Shown here: positions 10,454 to 20,347 of the stretch, piece by piece
How positions within the stretch are numbered: position 1 is the first letter of the stretch
Layout of the letters: the number at the start of each line of letters is the position of its first letter
Virus record (IMG/VR): IMGVR_UViG_3300037882_001770
Location: 186,001-250,000 of that record
Length of the DNA stretch: 64,000 nt
Direction: 5' to 3' (one strand)
Notes under the pieces: generated by a model
Seen by the model: only the letters and a program-made list of their open reading frames with translations
The model's database searches: none
What the model was told of the DNA's origin: nothing
Translations under genes and position numbers: made by a program

Positions 10454-10567
10454 AATGTTGCAATGCAAGGTAAATTCTGTTATACTATCATAAATAAGTT
10501 AGAGAAAAGAAGTTAGTGCCGATAGTCGGGCTAACGCAACCCCCTCGCTTAATTAAGGAGATTTACC

Positions 10568-10810
10568 ATGTTTGATTTTAAATCAGTAGTAGACCAAGTA
10601 GCAACAGCAACCAAACAACCGTTGACATACGTTGAGGACAAAGCCATCCGTGCAAATCTAGAAACTCTAGTGGAAGCACAAGCAGAATTTGCAAAGACTG
10701 TTTACGATACAACTTTAGAACTGTCTAAGCAAATTGTAGAAAGCGTAAAATCAACAGATTTTACTAAGTCTTTTGAAAAGGCTACTAAAGGTTTCAAAGT
10801 GGCTGCTTAA
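10568..10810 (+). CDS. helical protein, possibly phasin-like
   Basis: strong RBS, Ala/Lys/Thr-rich amphipathic helices, high-expression codon usage. Confidence 0.55.
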   Translation: MFDFKSVVDQVATATKQPLTYVEDKAIRANLETLVEAQAEFAKTVYDTTLELSKQIVESVKSTDFTKSFEKATKGFKVAA

Positions 10811-10838
10811 TAGCTCAGTTGCGTAAAAACAACACCCT

Positions 10839-10868
10839 AAACCCCCAGTCCGATGGGGGTTTTCTTTT
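10839..10868 (+). terminator. intrinsic terminator
   Basis: AAACCCCCA-gtccga-TGGGGGTTT followed by T-rich tail. Confidence 0.85.
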
Positions 10869-10940
10869 GGCTACAATTTGATTGACCATTAATTGACATT
10901 TTGCTATACTTGCTTTATGAAAACTAAAAGAGGTATCATT

Positions 10941-11612
10941 ATGAACAAGCGTATTTTGGTAGCCGCAATGGCAGTGGCCGGTTTGCATCTGGTAGGTTGT
11001 AGTTCAACCGGTACTAAATTGTCCAGTGGCGAATCTATTCAACCAGGGGCCAATGCTGGAGTGGCAATTGCAGATCAACGACTGGCGTCAAGTGAATTTA
11101 AGAGCCAGGGCGTCAAGGTCATTTATAATTTGTTTGGCAATGTAGAGGCCATTGAAGTTACTGGCTATGCCGCAGTATGGGGCAATAGCACAAATGCTGC
11201 ACGTGAAAGTTATCGTGTGGCCGAACTTGAAGCTAAAAAATCACTAAGTGATTTTATCAACAAAGAGTCTATTACCAGCACCACTAGTGTTCGAATGATC
11301 AGTAACAATCTCGAGCAGGCACAAGACAACAATACCAACAAGTTTGCAAGCAATAAGTCGCCAAGTTTAGAGGCAGTTGACACTGAGGCCAATAATAGCA
11401 CTCAAGAAAACACAGCAGTTCGAAACAATGCTGTTAAGATTGCTAGCCAGCTCAACACAATCATTACCACCCAAAATCGTGGTATTATTGGCGGACTTTA
11501 TCTCAAAGAAGGCACTGTAATTGATGGTGGACGTGCTGTCAAGGTTGTGATGCGTTGGGATAAAAAACACAACGATGCTCGCAAGCAGATTCGTAACTTG
11601 ATGGCACAATAA
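10941..11612 (+). CDS. lipoprotein (LPP20-like)
   Basis: signal peptide with lipobox LVGC; A..VAELEAK..L motif; promoter TTGACC 10882 / TATACT 10905. Confidence 0.7.
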   Translation: MNKRILVAAMAVAGLHLVGCSSTGTKLSSGESIQPGANAGVAIADQRLASSEFKSQGVKVIYNLFGNVEAIEVTGYAAVWGNSTNAARESYRVAELEAKKSLSDFINKESITSTTSVRMISNNLEQAQDNNTNKFASNKSPSLEAVDTEANNSTQENTAVRNNAVKIASQLNTIITTQNRGIIGGLYLKEGTVIDGGRAVKVVMRWDKKHNDARKQIRNLMAQ

Positions 11613-11614
11613 TT

Positions 11615-12703
11615 GTGCGCCGGCTGGTAGTAATTGGCGCATGCCTGTTAGGGCTGACAGCACCCTTGGCTCAAGCACAGATCACTCCTGTGCTTGCAGC
11701 ATCTTTTGCTCCTAGTCCACTGGGCCTAGCATTGACTGTGGGCAAATGGATCTACGATGCCGCAACCAAGCAACAGGTCTACTATGTCGAAGTGGCAGGC
11801 GAGGGCAATGATCCCGCCCAAGCTAGAGATAATGGATTTCGACTAGCAACCGAAATGGCGTTGGGTAGCTTAATCAGTAGTGAAACCGAAGTACAGGCCG
11901 GCCGGATTCAGCGAGATGAAATTATCAGCTATTCTTCAGGTTTTGTAGAAAGATTTGAAATAATTGAAACTCGCCCAGGCAAACAAGGAACCACTGTGGT
12001 TATGAAGGTCTGGATCAAACGCAGTGCATTGGCTGATCGATTATTGAATCGCAGCAAACAAGCAGGCGAAGTGGATGGTGCTAGAGCCAGTGTACAATTG
12101 CAGACTCTAAACAAAGAACGGGCCACCGGTGATCGCTTGTTGCAAACTGTACTAAACGATTTTCCAAAACGAGCCTTTGATATCGCGCTGAACCCAGCCG
12201 ATATTGTCCGCAACGATCGAAGTGCAGGCATTGAAATTTCTTTTGCTATAGCATGGAATCAAGACTATTTGAAAAGTCTATGGACGGCAGTCGAAGCAAC
12301 TGCACAAAAAAATTCAAACCAAGTTGCAATCATTGGTGTAAATTCAGGGGGATTATTTAGAGGCTACGGCGGGCAAGCACATTACGATGATACTAGAAAA
12401 TACGAATTACTGGTAAATCAGATGGTTATGTCGGGACCATCTGTACTAGTAACTATACGCAACGCCCACAGACTCGTTTTGTACTCGGCTTGTTTTAACT
12501 ACCAAGAGCTGGATCATCAGCCCAGTTATGTGGTTACAAATCGACGTTTTGTGGAATTAAGCCCATACCGCCCTACAGCATTTGTAGACGGCTCCTACAA
12601 AATGCGCAGTAAAATACAAATTCCAGTTAATTTGATCACGCTAGAGCAGGCCGGAATTGTAGAAATGGATGTAGTGGTTCGAAAACAGTGCCCAAATCAG
12701 TAG
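11615..12703 (+). CDS. exported protein, probable partner of the lipoprotein
   Basis: signal peptide ending AQA; G.G.D..QARDNGFR.A.E.A.G..I.SET N-domain. Confidence 0.6.
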   Translation: MRRLVVIGACLLGLTAPLAQAQITPVLAASFAPSPLGLALTVGKWIYDAATKQQVYYVEVAGEGNDPAQARDNGFRLATEMALGSLISSETEVQAGRIQRDEIISYSSGFVERFEIIETRPGKQGTTVVMKVWIKRSALADRLLNRSKQAGEVDGARASVQLQTLNKERATGDRLLQTVLNDFPKRAFDIALNPADIVRNDRSAGIEISFAIAWNQDYLKSLWTAVEATAQKNSNQVAIIGVNSGGLFRGYGGQAHYDDTRKYELLVNQMVMSGPSVLVTIRNAHRLVLYSACFNYQELDHQPSYVVTNRRFVELSPYRPTAFVDGSYKMRSKIQIPVNLITLEQAGIVEMDVVVRKQCPNQ

Positions 12704-12795
12704 TAATTTTGTAACAAGATTGGAAATATTTGCCATAAGTAATATGAGCAGTTCCAGGGTAGTTATAATATACGCAGTTAATTACAGTTGAGATC

Positions 12796-13371
12796 ATGGC
12801 CTTACCAACCGATATAGATTCTGAGAAAGATCCGTCTCGCTTGCTTCAAGAAGCAGGCATGTACGTGTTTATGAGCGATGTTTCAGACGAAAGCATCAAG
12901 CCCATCATTGAATGGATTTTGGTGGAAAATCATGTGGTCAAGAAAAAGAAAAAAGAACTGTTGTTAATGATCTGCAGTGAAGGCGGTTCGGTAGAAGATG
13001 CCTTTGCCTTGATTGATGTAATGAAGTCTAGCAGTATTCCAATCAAGACAGTAGGACTCGGGTGTGTGGCCAGTTCAGGCCTGCTGATATTCTTGGCCGG
13101 TATGAAAGGTCGTAGAATGTTGACTCCTAACACTAGTATCCTGAGTCATCAATACTCAAACTATCACGAAGGCAAGCATCACGAGTTATTTGCCATTGCT
13201 AAAGAACACAGCCTGATTCAAGAACGCATGTTGCGTCATTATCAAGCAACCACCGGACTAAGTGAAGAAATTATTTTGAGCAAGTTGCTACCACCAACTG
13301 ATGTTTATCTATCATCTGACGAAGCACTGGCCTTGGGCCTGTGCGATTACGTTACAGACTTAAAAAAATAA
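12796..13371 (+). CDS. clpP: divergent ClpP-like serine protease
   Basis: ICSEGGSV, GCVASSG (Ser), LSHQ (His), PTDVYLS.DEAL.LGL.D. Confidence 0.85.
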   Translation: MALPTDIDSEKDPSRLLQEAGMYVFMSDVSDESIKPIIEWILVENHVVKKKKKELLLMICSEGGSVEDAFALIDVMKSSSIPIKTVGLGCVASSGLLIFLAGMKGRRMLTPNTSILSHQYSNYHEGKHHELFAIAKEHSLIQERMLRHYQATTGLSEEIILSKLLPPTDVYLSSDEALALGLCDYVTDLKK

Positions 13372-14949
13372 TCAACGCTGTTTAGGCCTACCGTAGGCTT
13401 TTTCGTTGTATTTAGGCTCTTTTTTGTTTTTGTCAATTCCGCCGGTTCTGGCAGTGAGCCCTGAATCAGCTGGCATATAATCAACTAATTCGCCAGCTTG
13501 ACTTGCACCAGGTGCATCAGTAGTAGAACTTTGTTCAACGTTGGGTATTACCTTAGGTTCTTTGTTAATGTTGAACACTAACTTACCACTTGAACTTGAT
13601 GTTGAACTATAACTTTTTTGTGCTTCCAGCGTAACTTCCGTAAACAACTTACTTGGCCAAACAGTGGTAAAACCTTGGATAATAAACTCTCCTTTACTTT
13701 TTTTAGCTTCGGTATACATCTGAACAAATGCAGAGTTATTTAAAATATCAGCGGCAGCTTCTGAAAAGTTAGTTTTCATATTAATTTCATTGCATACTTT
13801 ATAAGCAATACTTGATACTAAATGATTGAGTGGGATAACTTTATTTTCATCATCGGCTACACGGTCTTTGTAAATTTGTTTTAAGTTTTTAGTCAAGTTG
13901 GTATTGTCAATATTAAAATTTTTGTCGCCGTCGTATGATTTTAAGGTCATGACTTGTTCTGATTCAGCTGGAGTTATTAGCTTAAGATCTACAGCCAACT
14001 CTAATGGAGCTGAATCGTGAGTTCCTTTGTCGATCACCTCAAGAATTCTAATAGGTTCTGGATACAGTTCACGGAACTGTGTTATGCCAGCCGCTTCTAG
14101 CTCACGCACACTCTTAATAAGATTGGTACTGGATGCCATGGCACCCTTGGCACCTTTACTTGATAGTTTGATTTGTTTACCTTGAGGATTAATCAATAAA
14201 CTATCGTAAAGTTCGCCACTGGTTTTTTCATTGAAACTTATGATACAATCACTATAGGTTCCGCCCATGAATACTTCTGCGGCTTTGCTGGCATTACCTT
14301 TTACTGGTTGACCATTGATCAATATGATAGGCTGTAACATTTCGCAAAAGTAGTCACGAAACCCAGCAAAATCCATGTTGCCCGATGGAACGCTTACTGG
14401 GAAACTAGCGGCACTGGTTATGATCACAGCGGCATTGTACTCATCTGAGTTTGCACCAAATTTAGTTTGAATTTGTGCAAGAATACTTTCAGGCGTTTGA
14501 CTTTTGAATTCTTTTAAAACCTGACTGGGTTTGTAGCCAACCTTTTCTTTTGATCCACGGGCATCGGCTTGACTGAATCCACCCGGAATATCGTCAGTTT
14601 GAAAAAATTTATTTGAATCGTGAACAGGTTTAATATTTTGTGCAAATTTGGCCAAATATCGTGTACCTACAGCAGTGTCAAACGTAGCAATACCAAATGC
14701 CCGATTGCTGTTACTAGGTTGATTGATCTGCTCAATCGGATGACCTAGTTTTTTTTGTACTTGATCAAATGCTGCTTGGGTTTCTTCTTTGCTAGCATAT
14801 TGCCCAACTTGGGGATAAAATGTTAAACTTTGGAAGACAATTTGATCGTCGGGGTTATCACCACGCTTATAAACAGCACCTGGCACACGACCGCTGAGTC
14901 CACGGCTTTCGTTTAGTATAGTATCGAGTAGATTTAGAATGTCACGCAT
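13372..14949 (-). CDS. hypothetical late protein, possible internal virion protein
   Basis: 525-aa ORF; TAAGTA late promoter at about 14976-14981 (minus); leader MRDILNLLDTILNE. Confidence 0.7.
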   Translation of the reverse strand: MRDILNLLDTILNESRGLSGRVPGAVYKRGDNPDDQIVFQSLTFYPQVGQYASKEETQAAFDQVQKKLGHPIEQINQPSNSNRAFGIATFDTAVGTRYLAKFAQNIKPVHDSNKFFQTDDIPGGFSQADARGSKEKVGYKPSQVLKEFKSQTPESILAQIQTKFGANSDEYNAAVIITSAASFPVSVPSGNMDFAGFRDYFCEMLQPIILINGQPVKGNASKAAEVFMGGTYSDCIISFNEKTSGELYDSLLINPQGKQIKLSSKGAKGAMASSTNLIKSVRELEAAGITQFRELYPEPIRILEVIDKGTHDSAPLELAVDLKLITPAESEQVMTLKSYDGDKNFNIDNTNLTKNLKQIYKDRVADDENKVIPLNHLVSSIAYKVCNEINMKTNFSEAAADILNNSAFVQMYTEAKKSKGEFIIQGFTTVWPSKLFTEVTLEAQKSYSSTSSSSGKLVFNINKEPKVIPNVEQSSTTDAPGASQAGELVDYMPADSGLTARTGGIDKNKKEPKYNEKAYGRPKQR

Positions 14950-15000
14950 TTGCTTTTTCTTTAAGTTAATGTTATACTTATCTAATAAACAGGAGAACCC

Positions 15001-15597
15001 ATGCCAAATTTAGTACCCATTGTAGTAGAACAAACCAGCAAAGGCGAACGCAGTTACGATATATATAGTAGACTGCTGCGTGATCGTATTGTAATGCTAG
15101 ATACAGACGTAAACGAGCATACTGCCAGTTTGATAGTGGCTCAGTTGCTGTTTTTAGAAGCAGAAGATCCAGAGCGCGATATTATTTTTTACATCAACAG
15201 CCCAGGTGGCGTAGTCACGGCAGGTATGGCAATTTACGACACTATGAACTTTATTCGCCCGGATGTAAGCACAGTGGTCATGGGCCAGGCATGTAGCATG
15301 GGAAGTTGTTTAGCTCAGGCTGGCGCCGCAGGTAAACGATTTATTTTGCCAAATGCACGTCATATGATTCACCAACCTTCGGGCGGTGCCAGAGGACAAG
15401 CAACAGATATTCAGATTCAAGCACAAGAAATACTCAAAATGAAAAAATACTTAACAGAGATCTATGTCAAGCACAACACTGCTGGCAAAACCTTTGAGCA
15501 GTTGACCGCAGACATGGAACGCGACAACTTTATGAGTGCTGAAGAAGCAGTGGCCTATGGCTTGGCTGATCAGATTATAACTCGACGCGATGCCTAA
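15001..15597 (+). CDS. clpP: ATP-dependent Clp protease proteolytic subunit
   Basis: [46 protein letters not shown]. Confidence 0.97.
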   Translation: MPNLVPIVVEQTSKGERSYDIYSRLLRDRIVMLDTDVNEHTASLIVAQLLFLEAEDPERDIIFYINSPGGVVTAGMAIYDTMNFIRPDVSTVVMGQACSMGSCLAQAGAAGKRFILPNARHMIHQPSGGARGQATDIQIQAQEILKMKKYLTEIYVKHNTAGKTFEQLTADMERDNFMSAEEAVAYGLADQIITRRDA

Positions 15598-16897
15598 TCA
15601 GCAGGTATTTTGCAACACCCCGTGGTATGAATTACATATCTATTGGGACGGTGGCTTTGGTATTTGTTGTCAAGAAAGCCACCGATTGTATAAAGATTCC
15701 ACACAGTACAACATTGCCAACATGAGCATTATGGAATGGTTTAATAGCCAACCTGTGCGAAAATTCAGAACAGACATACTGGGTGACAGTAAAATATCTG
15801 AGTGCCAGCGTTGTTATATTGAAGAACGACACGGCGGCAACAGTCGTAGATTAAAAAGTAATTTAAAAAGCGTTATCTTTACACGTCAGGCCTTTGATGA
15901 AAGTTTTAAACAAAGTCCAGGATATCCGATATTTTCAACCAACGACCAAACTCAAGGCTACACCACGACCCATCCGATTGATCTGCATGTTGACCTAGGA
16001 AACTACTGTAACTTGGCCTGTAAAATGTGCCATGCACAGGCCAGTAGCACAATTGCAAGCCAAGAAGTAAAATGGGGCATTGCCGAAAGCAAACAGTATC
16101 TTGGTACCGACTGGACCAGAAATCCGCAGGTATGGCAATCGTTTAAACAGCAGTTGTTGGAAATACCAAATTTAAAGAATATACACTTCATGGGCGGCGA
16201 AACTCTACTGACCAATCAATTTGAAGATCTAGTGGACTGGTTGACCGAACATCGACGATTTGAAGTGTGTTTTAGTTTTGTGACCAATGGTACAGTGTTT
16301 AAACCAACACTAATCGACAAACTTAAAAAGTTTCAGCGAGTGGGCATAGAAATCAGTATAGAATCTGTAGATGAACACAATGCTTATCAACGTCAGGGCA
16401 CCGATACTGCTCTGGTACTAGCCAACATCAAACAATATCAAACACACTGCAACAACACCAGCATCACCGTGGCATTACGTCCAGCACCTAGCGCATTGAC
16501 CATTGGCTACTATGTGGGATTATTGCAGTTTGCACTAGACAATCAGTTGGTGGTCAAAAGCAATCTGTGTTACGAGCCAAGATTCTTAAATGCAGAAATA
16601 TTACCTGACAAAACAAAATTGCTTTACCAGTCATATTATCAAGAATTTTTAACACAATTTGCCGATGTACAGGCCAATATCGATTACAATGCCAGCGACT
16701 TGAATAACTATCGATTAATCATCAAAGAACATGCAGAAATGTGCCTGGCCATATTGCAAACCCCGGAGCCCAACGATTATCAACATCAAATTGAATGTCT
16801 GGTCAATCACTGTAGAAAATGGGATGATATTTACGGATACGATGCACGAGTATTATATCCTGAATTAACTGAAATATTGGATCTTTATGGCTATTGA
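15590..16897 (+). CDS. radical SAM protein with N-terminal SPASM/Twitch-like domain
   Basis: [16 protein letters not shown]; N-terminal C..PW...CC...C..C. Confidence 0.9.
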   Translation: MPNQQVFCNTPWYELHIYWDGGFGICCQESHRLYKDSTQYNIANMSIMEWFNSQPVRKFRTDILGDSKISECQRCYIEERHGGNSRRLKSNLKSVIFTRQAFDESFKQSPGYPIFSTNDQTQGYTTTHPIDLHVDLGNYCNLACKMCHAQASSTIASQEVKWGIAESKQYLGTDWTRNPQVWQSFKQQLLEIPNLKNIHFMGGETLLTNQFEDLVDWLTEHRRFEVCFSFVTNGTVFKPTLIDKLKKFQRVGIEISIESVDEHNAYQRQGTDTALVLANIKQYQTHCNNTSITVALRPAPSALTIGYYVGLLQFALDNQLVVKSNLCYEPRFLNAEILPDKTKLLYQSYYQEFLTQFADVQANIDYNASDLNNYRLIIKEHAEMCLAILQTPEPNDYQHQIECLVNHCRKWDDIYGYDARVLYPELTEILDLYGY

Positions 16898-17339
16898 TTA
16901 TTCTGTAGTAATAGATATTCATTTACGATCAATATGGCATGATAATCCGCCCGAGATTAATATTGGTATTAATGATGACATCAATAGAATAATATTAACT
17001 GACAATCGAGTATTCCATTATGATTTTACTGCTTCTGAAACTTCAGTATTAACTGTGGAATTATTAAACAAAACCGACACCGATACTGTCGATGGATTAG
17101 ATAAGGCAGTTGTAATAGAATCGGTTGATTTTTTTGGAATATCCGATCCAAAATTTTCCTGGGCCGGAATATACAAGCCCGATTACCCCGAACCCTGGGC
17201 AAGTCAACAAACAGACTTAAAACCGTTGTTAAAAAGCCACACTTATTTGGGCTGGAATGGTAAGTGGACACTGACATTTGATGTGCCTGTGTTTACATGG
17301 GTACACAGGGTGCAAAATCTGGGTTGGATTTACGGTTGA
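16887..17339 (+). CDS. hypothetical protein
   Basis: 150-aa ORF overlapping the radical SAM gene end. Confidence 0.75.
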   Translation: MAIDYSVVIDIHLRSIWHDNPPEINIGINDDINRIILTDNRVFHYDFTASETSVLTVELLNKTDTDTVDGLDKAVVIESVDFFGISDPKFSWAGIYKPDYPEPWASQQTDLKPLLKSHTYLGWNGKWTLTFDVPVFTWVHRVQNLGWIYG

Positions 17340-17364
17340 CCAGAAATGTCCGATTTGTTATACT
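17336..17364 (+). promoter_or_regulatory. sigma70-type early promoter
   Basis: TTGACC-N17-TATACT then AAGGAG; the -35 contains the upstream TGA stop. Confidence 0.85.
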
Positions 17365-17393
17365 AGTTCTATAGTAAACAAAAAGGAGCCGAA

Positions 17394-17801
17394 ATGAAAG
17401 ACGCAATTATATACGCAGGTTACAGTCGTGACAAAGCAGGCAAGATGCGTTTCCGTACTGCCACAACCCAAAAGCGTGTTGAACAATTAGAAGCACTAGG
17501 TGAAGAAGTTCACATGCGTATCATCAACGATGTTTACAGCAAGTCAGCGGCTGCCAAGGAATTACTCCGTTTGGATCATGCCAATGGTGCCAAAGAGCTT
17601 GAAGCATTTTATGCCGCACAAGTTCGTGACGAGAATCCGTTTAAAAAGACCACTAGTTTAGTCAAAGTAAAGGTTCCTACTAAGTTTATGGCACAAATGA
17701 CAGGTGCCCGCGTTGAAGTAGAAAAAATGAGTGTAAAAGAAGCGGCCCGGATCCGTGCCGAGTTCAATGCAAAGGTCAAAGCGGCTTACGAGGCCAACTA
17801 A
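17394..17801 (+). CDS. hypothetical early protein, probable paralog of 45776..46105
   Basis: AG....G..K/R.R.A...R...L...G N-terminal pattern. Confidence 0.75.
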   Translation: MKDAIIYAGYSRDKAGKMRFRTATTQKRVEQLEALGEEVHMRIINDVYSKSAAAKELLRLDHANGAKELEAFYAAQVRDENPFKKTTSLVKVKVPTKFMAQMTGARVEVEKMSVKEAARIRAEFNAKVKAAYEAN

Positions 17802-17802
17802 T

Positions 17803-17946
17803 ATGTACGAACTAAGATCATACGGTAATCGTGAGACAGGTGAAGCACACTATCTAGTGGATGGTGTAGAAGTTACCAAGTCTGAATACGATCGTTGCAT
17901 GGCAGAGTATCAACTGGCCAAATCCAAGGAGGTAGTACAATCATGA
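17803..17946 (+). CDS. hypothetical protein
   Basis: MYELRSYG...; ATGA coupling to next gene. Confidence 0.6.
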   Translation: MYELRSYGNRETGEAHYLVDGVEVTKSEYDRCMAEYQLAKSKEVVQS

Positions 17947-18215
17947 ATCTAACGCAAATCAAAGCAGAAATTTTAACCGGCGGGTTTGACAATGCCGAAC
18001 TTCGAGAACTAATCGAAACTGTGCAGTATGCTCGAGCTCAACTTGGTAAAGACATCAAGCGACAATTGGCACCCGGTGCAAGTGTCAGTTTTGTTAGTAA
18101 TCGTTCAGGACAACGGGTGTTAGGCACTGTGGAACGGGTGGCCATCAAGAATATTGTGGTGCGCACTCACTTGGGCCTGTATCGTGTGCCGGCCAACATG
18201 ATTGAGGTGGTATAA
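17943..18215 (+). CDS. hypothetical protein (SH3-like C-terminus)
   Basis: GGAGG RBS; G..VSF....G...GTV..VAIKNIVV......YRVPANMI. Confidence 0.75.
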   Translation: MNLTQIKAEILTGGFDNAELRELIETVQYARAQLGKDIKRQLAPGASVSFVSNRSGQRVLGTVERVAIKNIVVRTHLGLYRVPANMIEVV

Positions 18216-18394
18216 TGACAAATCCGATCCCAACTAGCGGTCTTTGGATGACACCAGCAGACATGGATCACTTGACCAGACTCCTAAACGAGTCGGGCAC
18301 CAAAGAGGAACAGCGAATGGCCTGGTATGGTGCCATGTTGGCCCTAAATCTAGCCCATATGCTACACGAAAAAAGCCTAGCAGATGTGGCATAA
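18215..18394 (+). CDS. 59-aa hypothetical protein (not in ORF track)
   Basis: GAGG RBS, TAATG coupling; MTNPIPTSGLWMTP...ADVA. Confidence 0.65.
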   Translation: MTNPIPTSGLWMTPADMDHLTRLLNESGTKEEQRMAWYGAMLALNLAHMLHEKSLADVA

Positions 18395-18501
18395 AAACAA
18401 CACTCTAAACCCCGTTTTAGCGGGGTTTTTTGTGGGTTGTCCAAACGGTTGACCCAAAATGATACCTGCGCTATAATGTATGTATAGTGAAAATAAAGGA
18501 G
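18385..18501 (+). promoter_or_regulatory. palindrome + terminator + early promoter + RBS module
   Basis: TGTGG-N8-CAACA, hairpin AAACCCCG/CGGGGTTT, TTGACC 18449-N17-TATAAT 18472, AAGGAG. Confidence 0.85.
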
Positions 18502-18507
18502 CAGAAA

Positions 18508-18789
18508 ATGGTTGGATTAACAGTAGTGGATGGTGACGTGATCCGTGCATACGACTTCAAGCCCATGGTAGGTCGTGACGACTGCTTTATTGAAGGTCGT
18601 GTGATTGATGCTCACAGCACCGAACAAGGGTATCAGGCCTACAAGATCCTGGTTACTAAAGATCATTTTGGTAACGATCGTGTTTCAACCCAAGCCGGTC
18701 CGGACAACCGTGTTGGTATCGAAATGTTTGTTCCGTGGAGAACCAGCTTTATGGAATTCCAAGGCCGCGTAATCAACTTGTCAAGATAA
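18508..18789 (+). CDS. hypothetical early protein
   Basis: RBS AAGGAG; GDVIRAYDF...DCFIEGRV. Confidence 0.75.
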   Translation: MVGLTVVDGDVIRAYDFKPMVGRDDCFIEGRVIDAHSTEQGYQAYKILVTKDHFGNDRVSTQAGPDNRVGIEMFVPWRTSFMEFQGRVINLSR

Positions 18790-18798
18790 GGAGCAGGT

Positions 18799-18975
18799 AT
18801 GAAGACCACAGTAGACTTGATTCGAATTGCCGACAGGATTGCTGACTTGACCGCAGACGAGCGAGTTAGGTTAGGTCGTATTCTAGTAGATCAATACAGC
18901 CAAGACGCTTGTGATTTAAAAGATGGCATCGAAGACGGATTTATTCAGTTAGAAAAAGAACTGGGGTTAGTATGA
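18799..18975 (+). CDS. 58-aa hypothetical protein (not in ORF track)
   Basis: TAAGGAG RBS; ATGA coupling. Confidence 0.65.
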   Translation: MKTTVDLIRIADRIADLTADERVRLGRILVDQYSQDACDLKDGIEDGFIQLEKELGLV

Positions 18976-19304
18976 AATTTACAAATACCGCCAACGCCAA
19001 TATGACCAGTCTCAAAGGTGAGTTTCCGATTACCTACGCAGAACTTGTTGAGATCTTTGGTCGGCCTAAATATGGACCAAATGCTGACCTGGACAAGACC
19101 ACTTGTGAATGGGCACTCACTTTTGAAGATGGTATTATTGCTACCATTTACGATTATAAAACCGACCGAACACCAATGGGTTTATACGAGTGGCACATCG
19201 GTGGGCACGATGCACTAGCCTATACTCATGTAGTGGATACCATTGTCCTACACCGCGATCGCTTGGTTAGAATGATTCGTAACTACTTGCCGGATGCAGT
19301 ATGA
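18972..19304 (+). CDS. conserved hypothetical phage protein
   Basis: TSL.G....TY.ELV..FG.P...DKT..EW...F....ATIYDYK...WHIGG. Confidence 0.8.
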   Translation: MKFTNTANANMTSLKGEFPITYAELVEIFGRPKYGPNADLDKTTCEWALTFEDGIIATIYDYKTDRTPMGLYEWHIGGHDALAYTHVVDTIVLHRDRLVRMIRNYLPDAV

Positions 19305-19678
19305 AAGCATTTCAAGAGACAACCGAATGGGACACAGATTTTGTGATGCCTAACCATGTTTATTTTTTAAGCGACTCAAAAGATAAAATGTATGGCTATG
19401 TACAGGCTGGTACCGGTCTTGTACAGGCCATAAGCAAGCCGTATCGGTTCAAAGCTGGCGGCCGCAAGTTTAAAGAAGTAGAAAATCGTTGGAACTTTAG
19501 AATTGCTGAAGATGAAACTGAAGCGGAAGCTACAGGTAAACAGTATCAGGTTCCGGGTAGCAAGGGTGCAGTCTATATAGTGACCGATGATTTGGGTACT
19601 TGGTCATGTACCTGTCCGGCATCAAAGTGGCAAAAAGGCGAGTGTAAGCATATCAAGAGCTTAAACACCAAATCTTGA
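19301..19678 (+). CDS. SWIM zinc-finger protein
   Basis: V.GSKG..Y.V......WSCTCP.......CKHI. Confidence 0.8.
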   Translation: MKAFQETTEWDTDFVMPNHVYFLSDSKDKMYGYVQAGTGLVQAISKPYRFKAGGRKFKEVENRWNFRIAEDETEAEATGKQYQVPGSKGAVYIVTDDLGTWSCTCPASKWQKGECKHIKSLNTKS

Positions 19679-20347
19679 TCTCAAAAAGTAATAATTTCTC
19701 TGTATCTGTTCTTGATTAAGCTGATCAGTATATAAAAGCATGTTGGCCACGTAGCCGAATGGTTGTCCTGGAATTTGACCTGTATAGTCGTGAGCATTAC
19801 CAGCCACTGTTCGAACTGTGGTTCCTACCTGTTCACCGTTGATGTAAAATGTTTGTCCTGAGCTGTTGCCGGTTACTGCCCACTGAACCCAGACGTTGGC
19901 TAGAGCACTTACATCGTTGTATCCTGAGGGATAAAATGCACTTGTACCATTGTCATACATGCCCAGGCGATTAGAACCAATTTCAATTATGATAGCGTGG
20001 TCATCTGGATTGGATCTAAACAAGGTTCTCCAACTGGTAGTACTAGCGATCATTCTTGCCCACACAATATAAGTAAATCCTGTTGTAGGAAGAGTAGGAG
20101 TGGCACTAGCGGCTCGAATGTTATAGGTGTTGGTACAATCCCAACACTTAACTCCCGACAATACTGTATAGGCAGCAGCATTGGATAAATTTTGTGTGCG
20201 ACCGTTCCCTGACAGATCTGTAATTGTAGTGCCTGATCCGGGATAACTGGCAACATTGTCGGCGTCAATCCATATGGCCATATTGTCGGCTGTAATACCA
20301 GCATCGAATATTTGTGTTCCGCGGAGTGTTACACCTGATATGATCAT
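19661..20347 (-). CDS. LamG/concanavalin A-like lectin domain protein (fibre-associated)
   Basis: DA.N..SYPGSGTT..DLSGNG; YINGEQV; L...QIQRNY....RFGV; ATGA-coupled to fibre gene. Confidence 0.8.
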   Translation of the reverse strand: MIISGVTLRGTQIFDAGITADNMAIWIDADNVASYPGSGTTITDLSGNGRTQNLSNAAAYTVLSGVKCWDCTNTYNIRAASATPTLPTTGFTYIVWARMIASTTSWRTLFRSNPDDHAIIIEIGSNRLGMYDNGTSAFYPSGYNDVSALANVWVQWAVTGNSSGQTFYINGEQVGTTVRTVAGNAHDYTGQIPGQPFGYVANMLLYTDQLNQEQIQRNYYFLRSRFGV

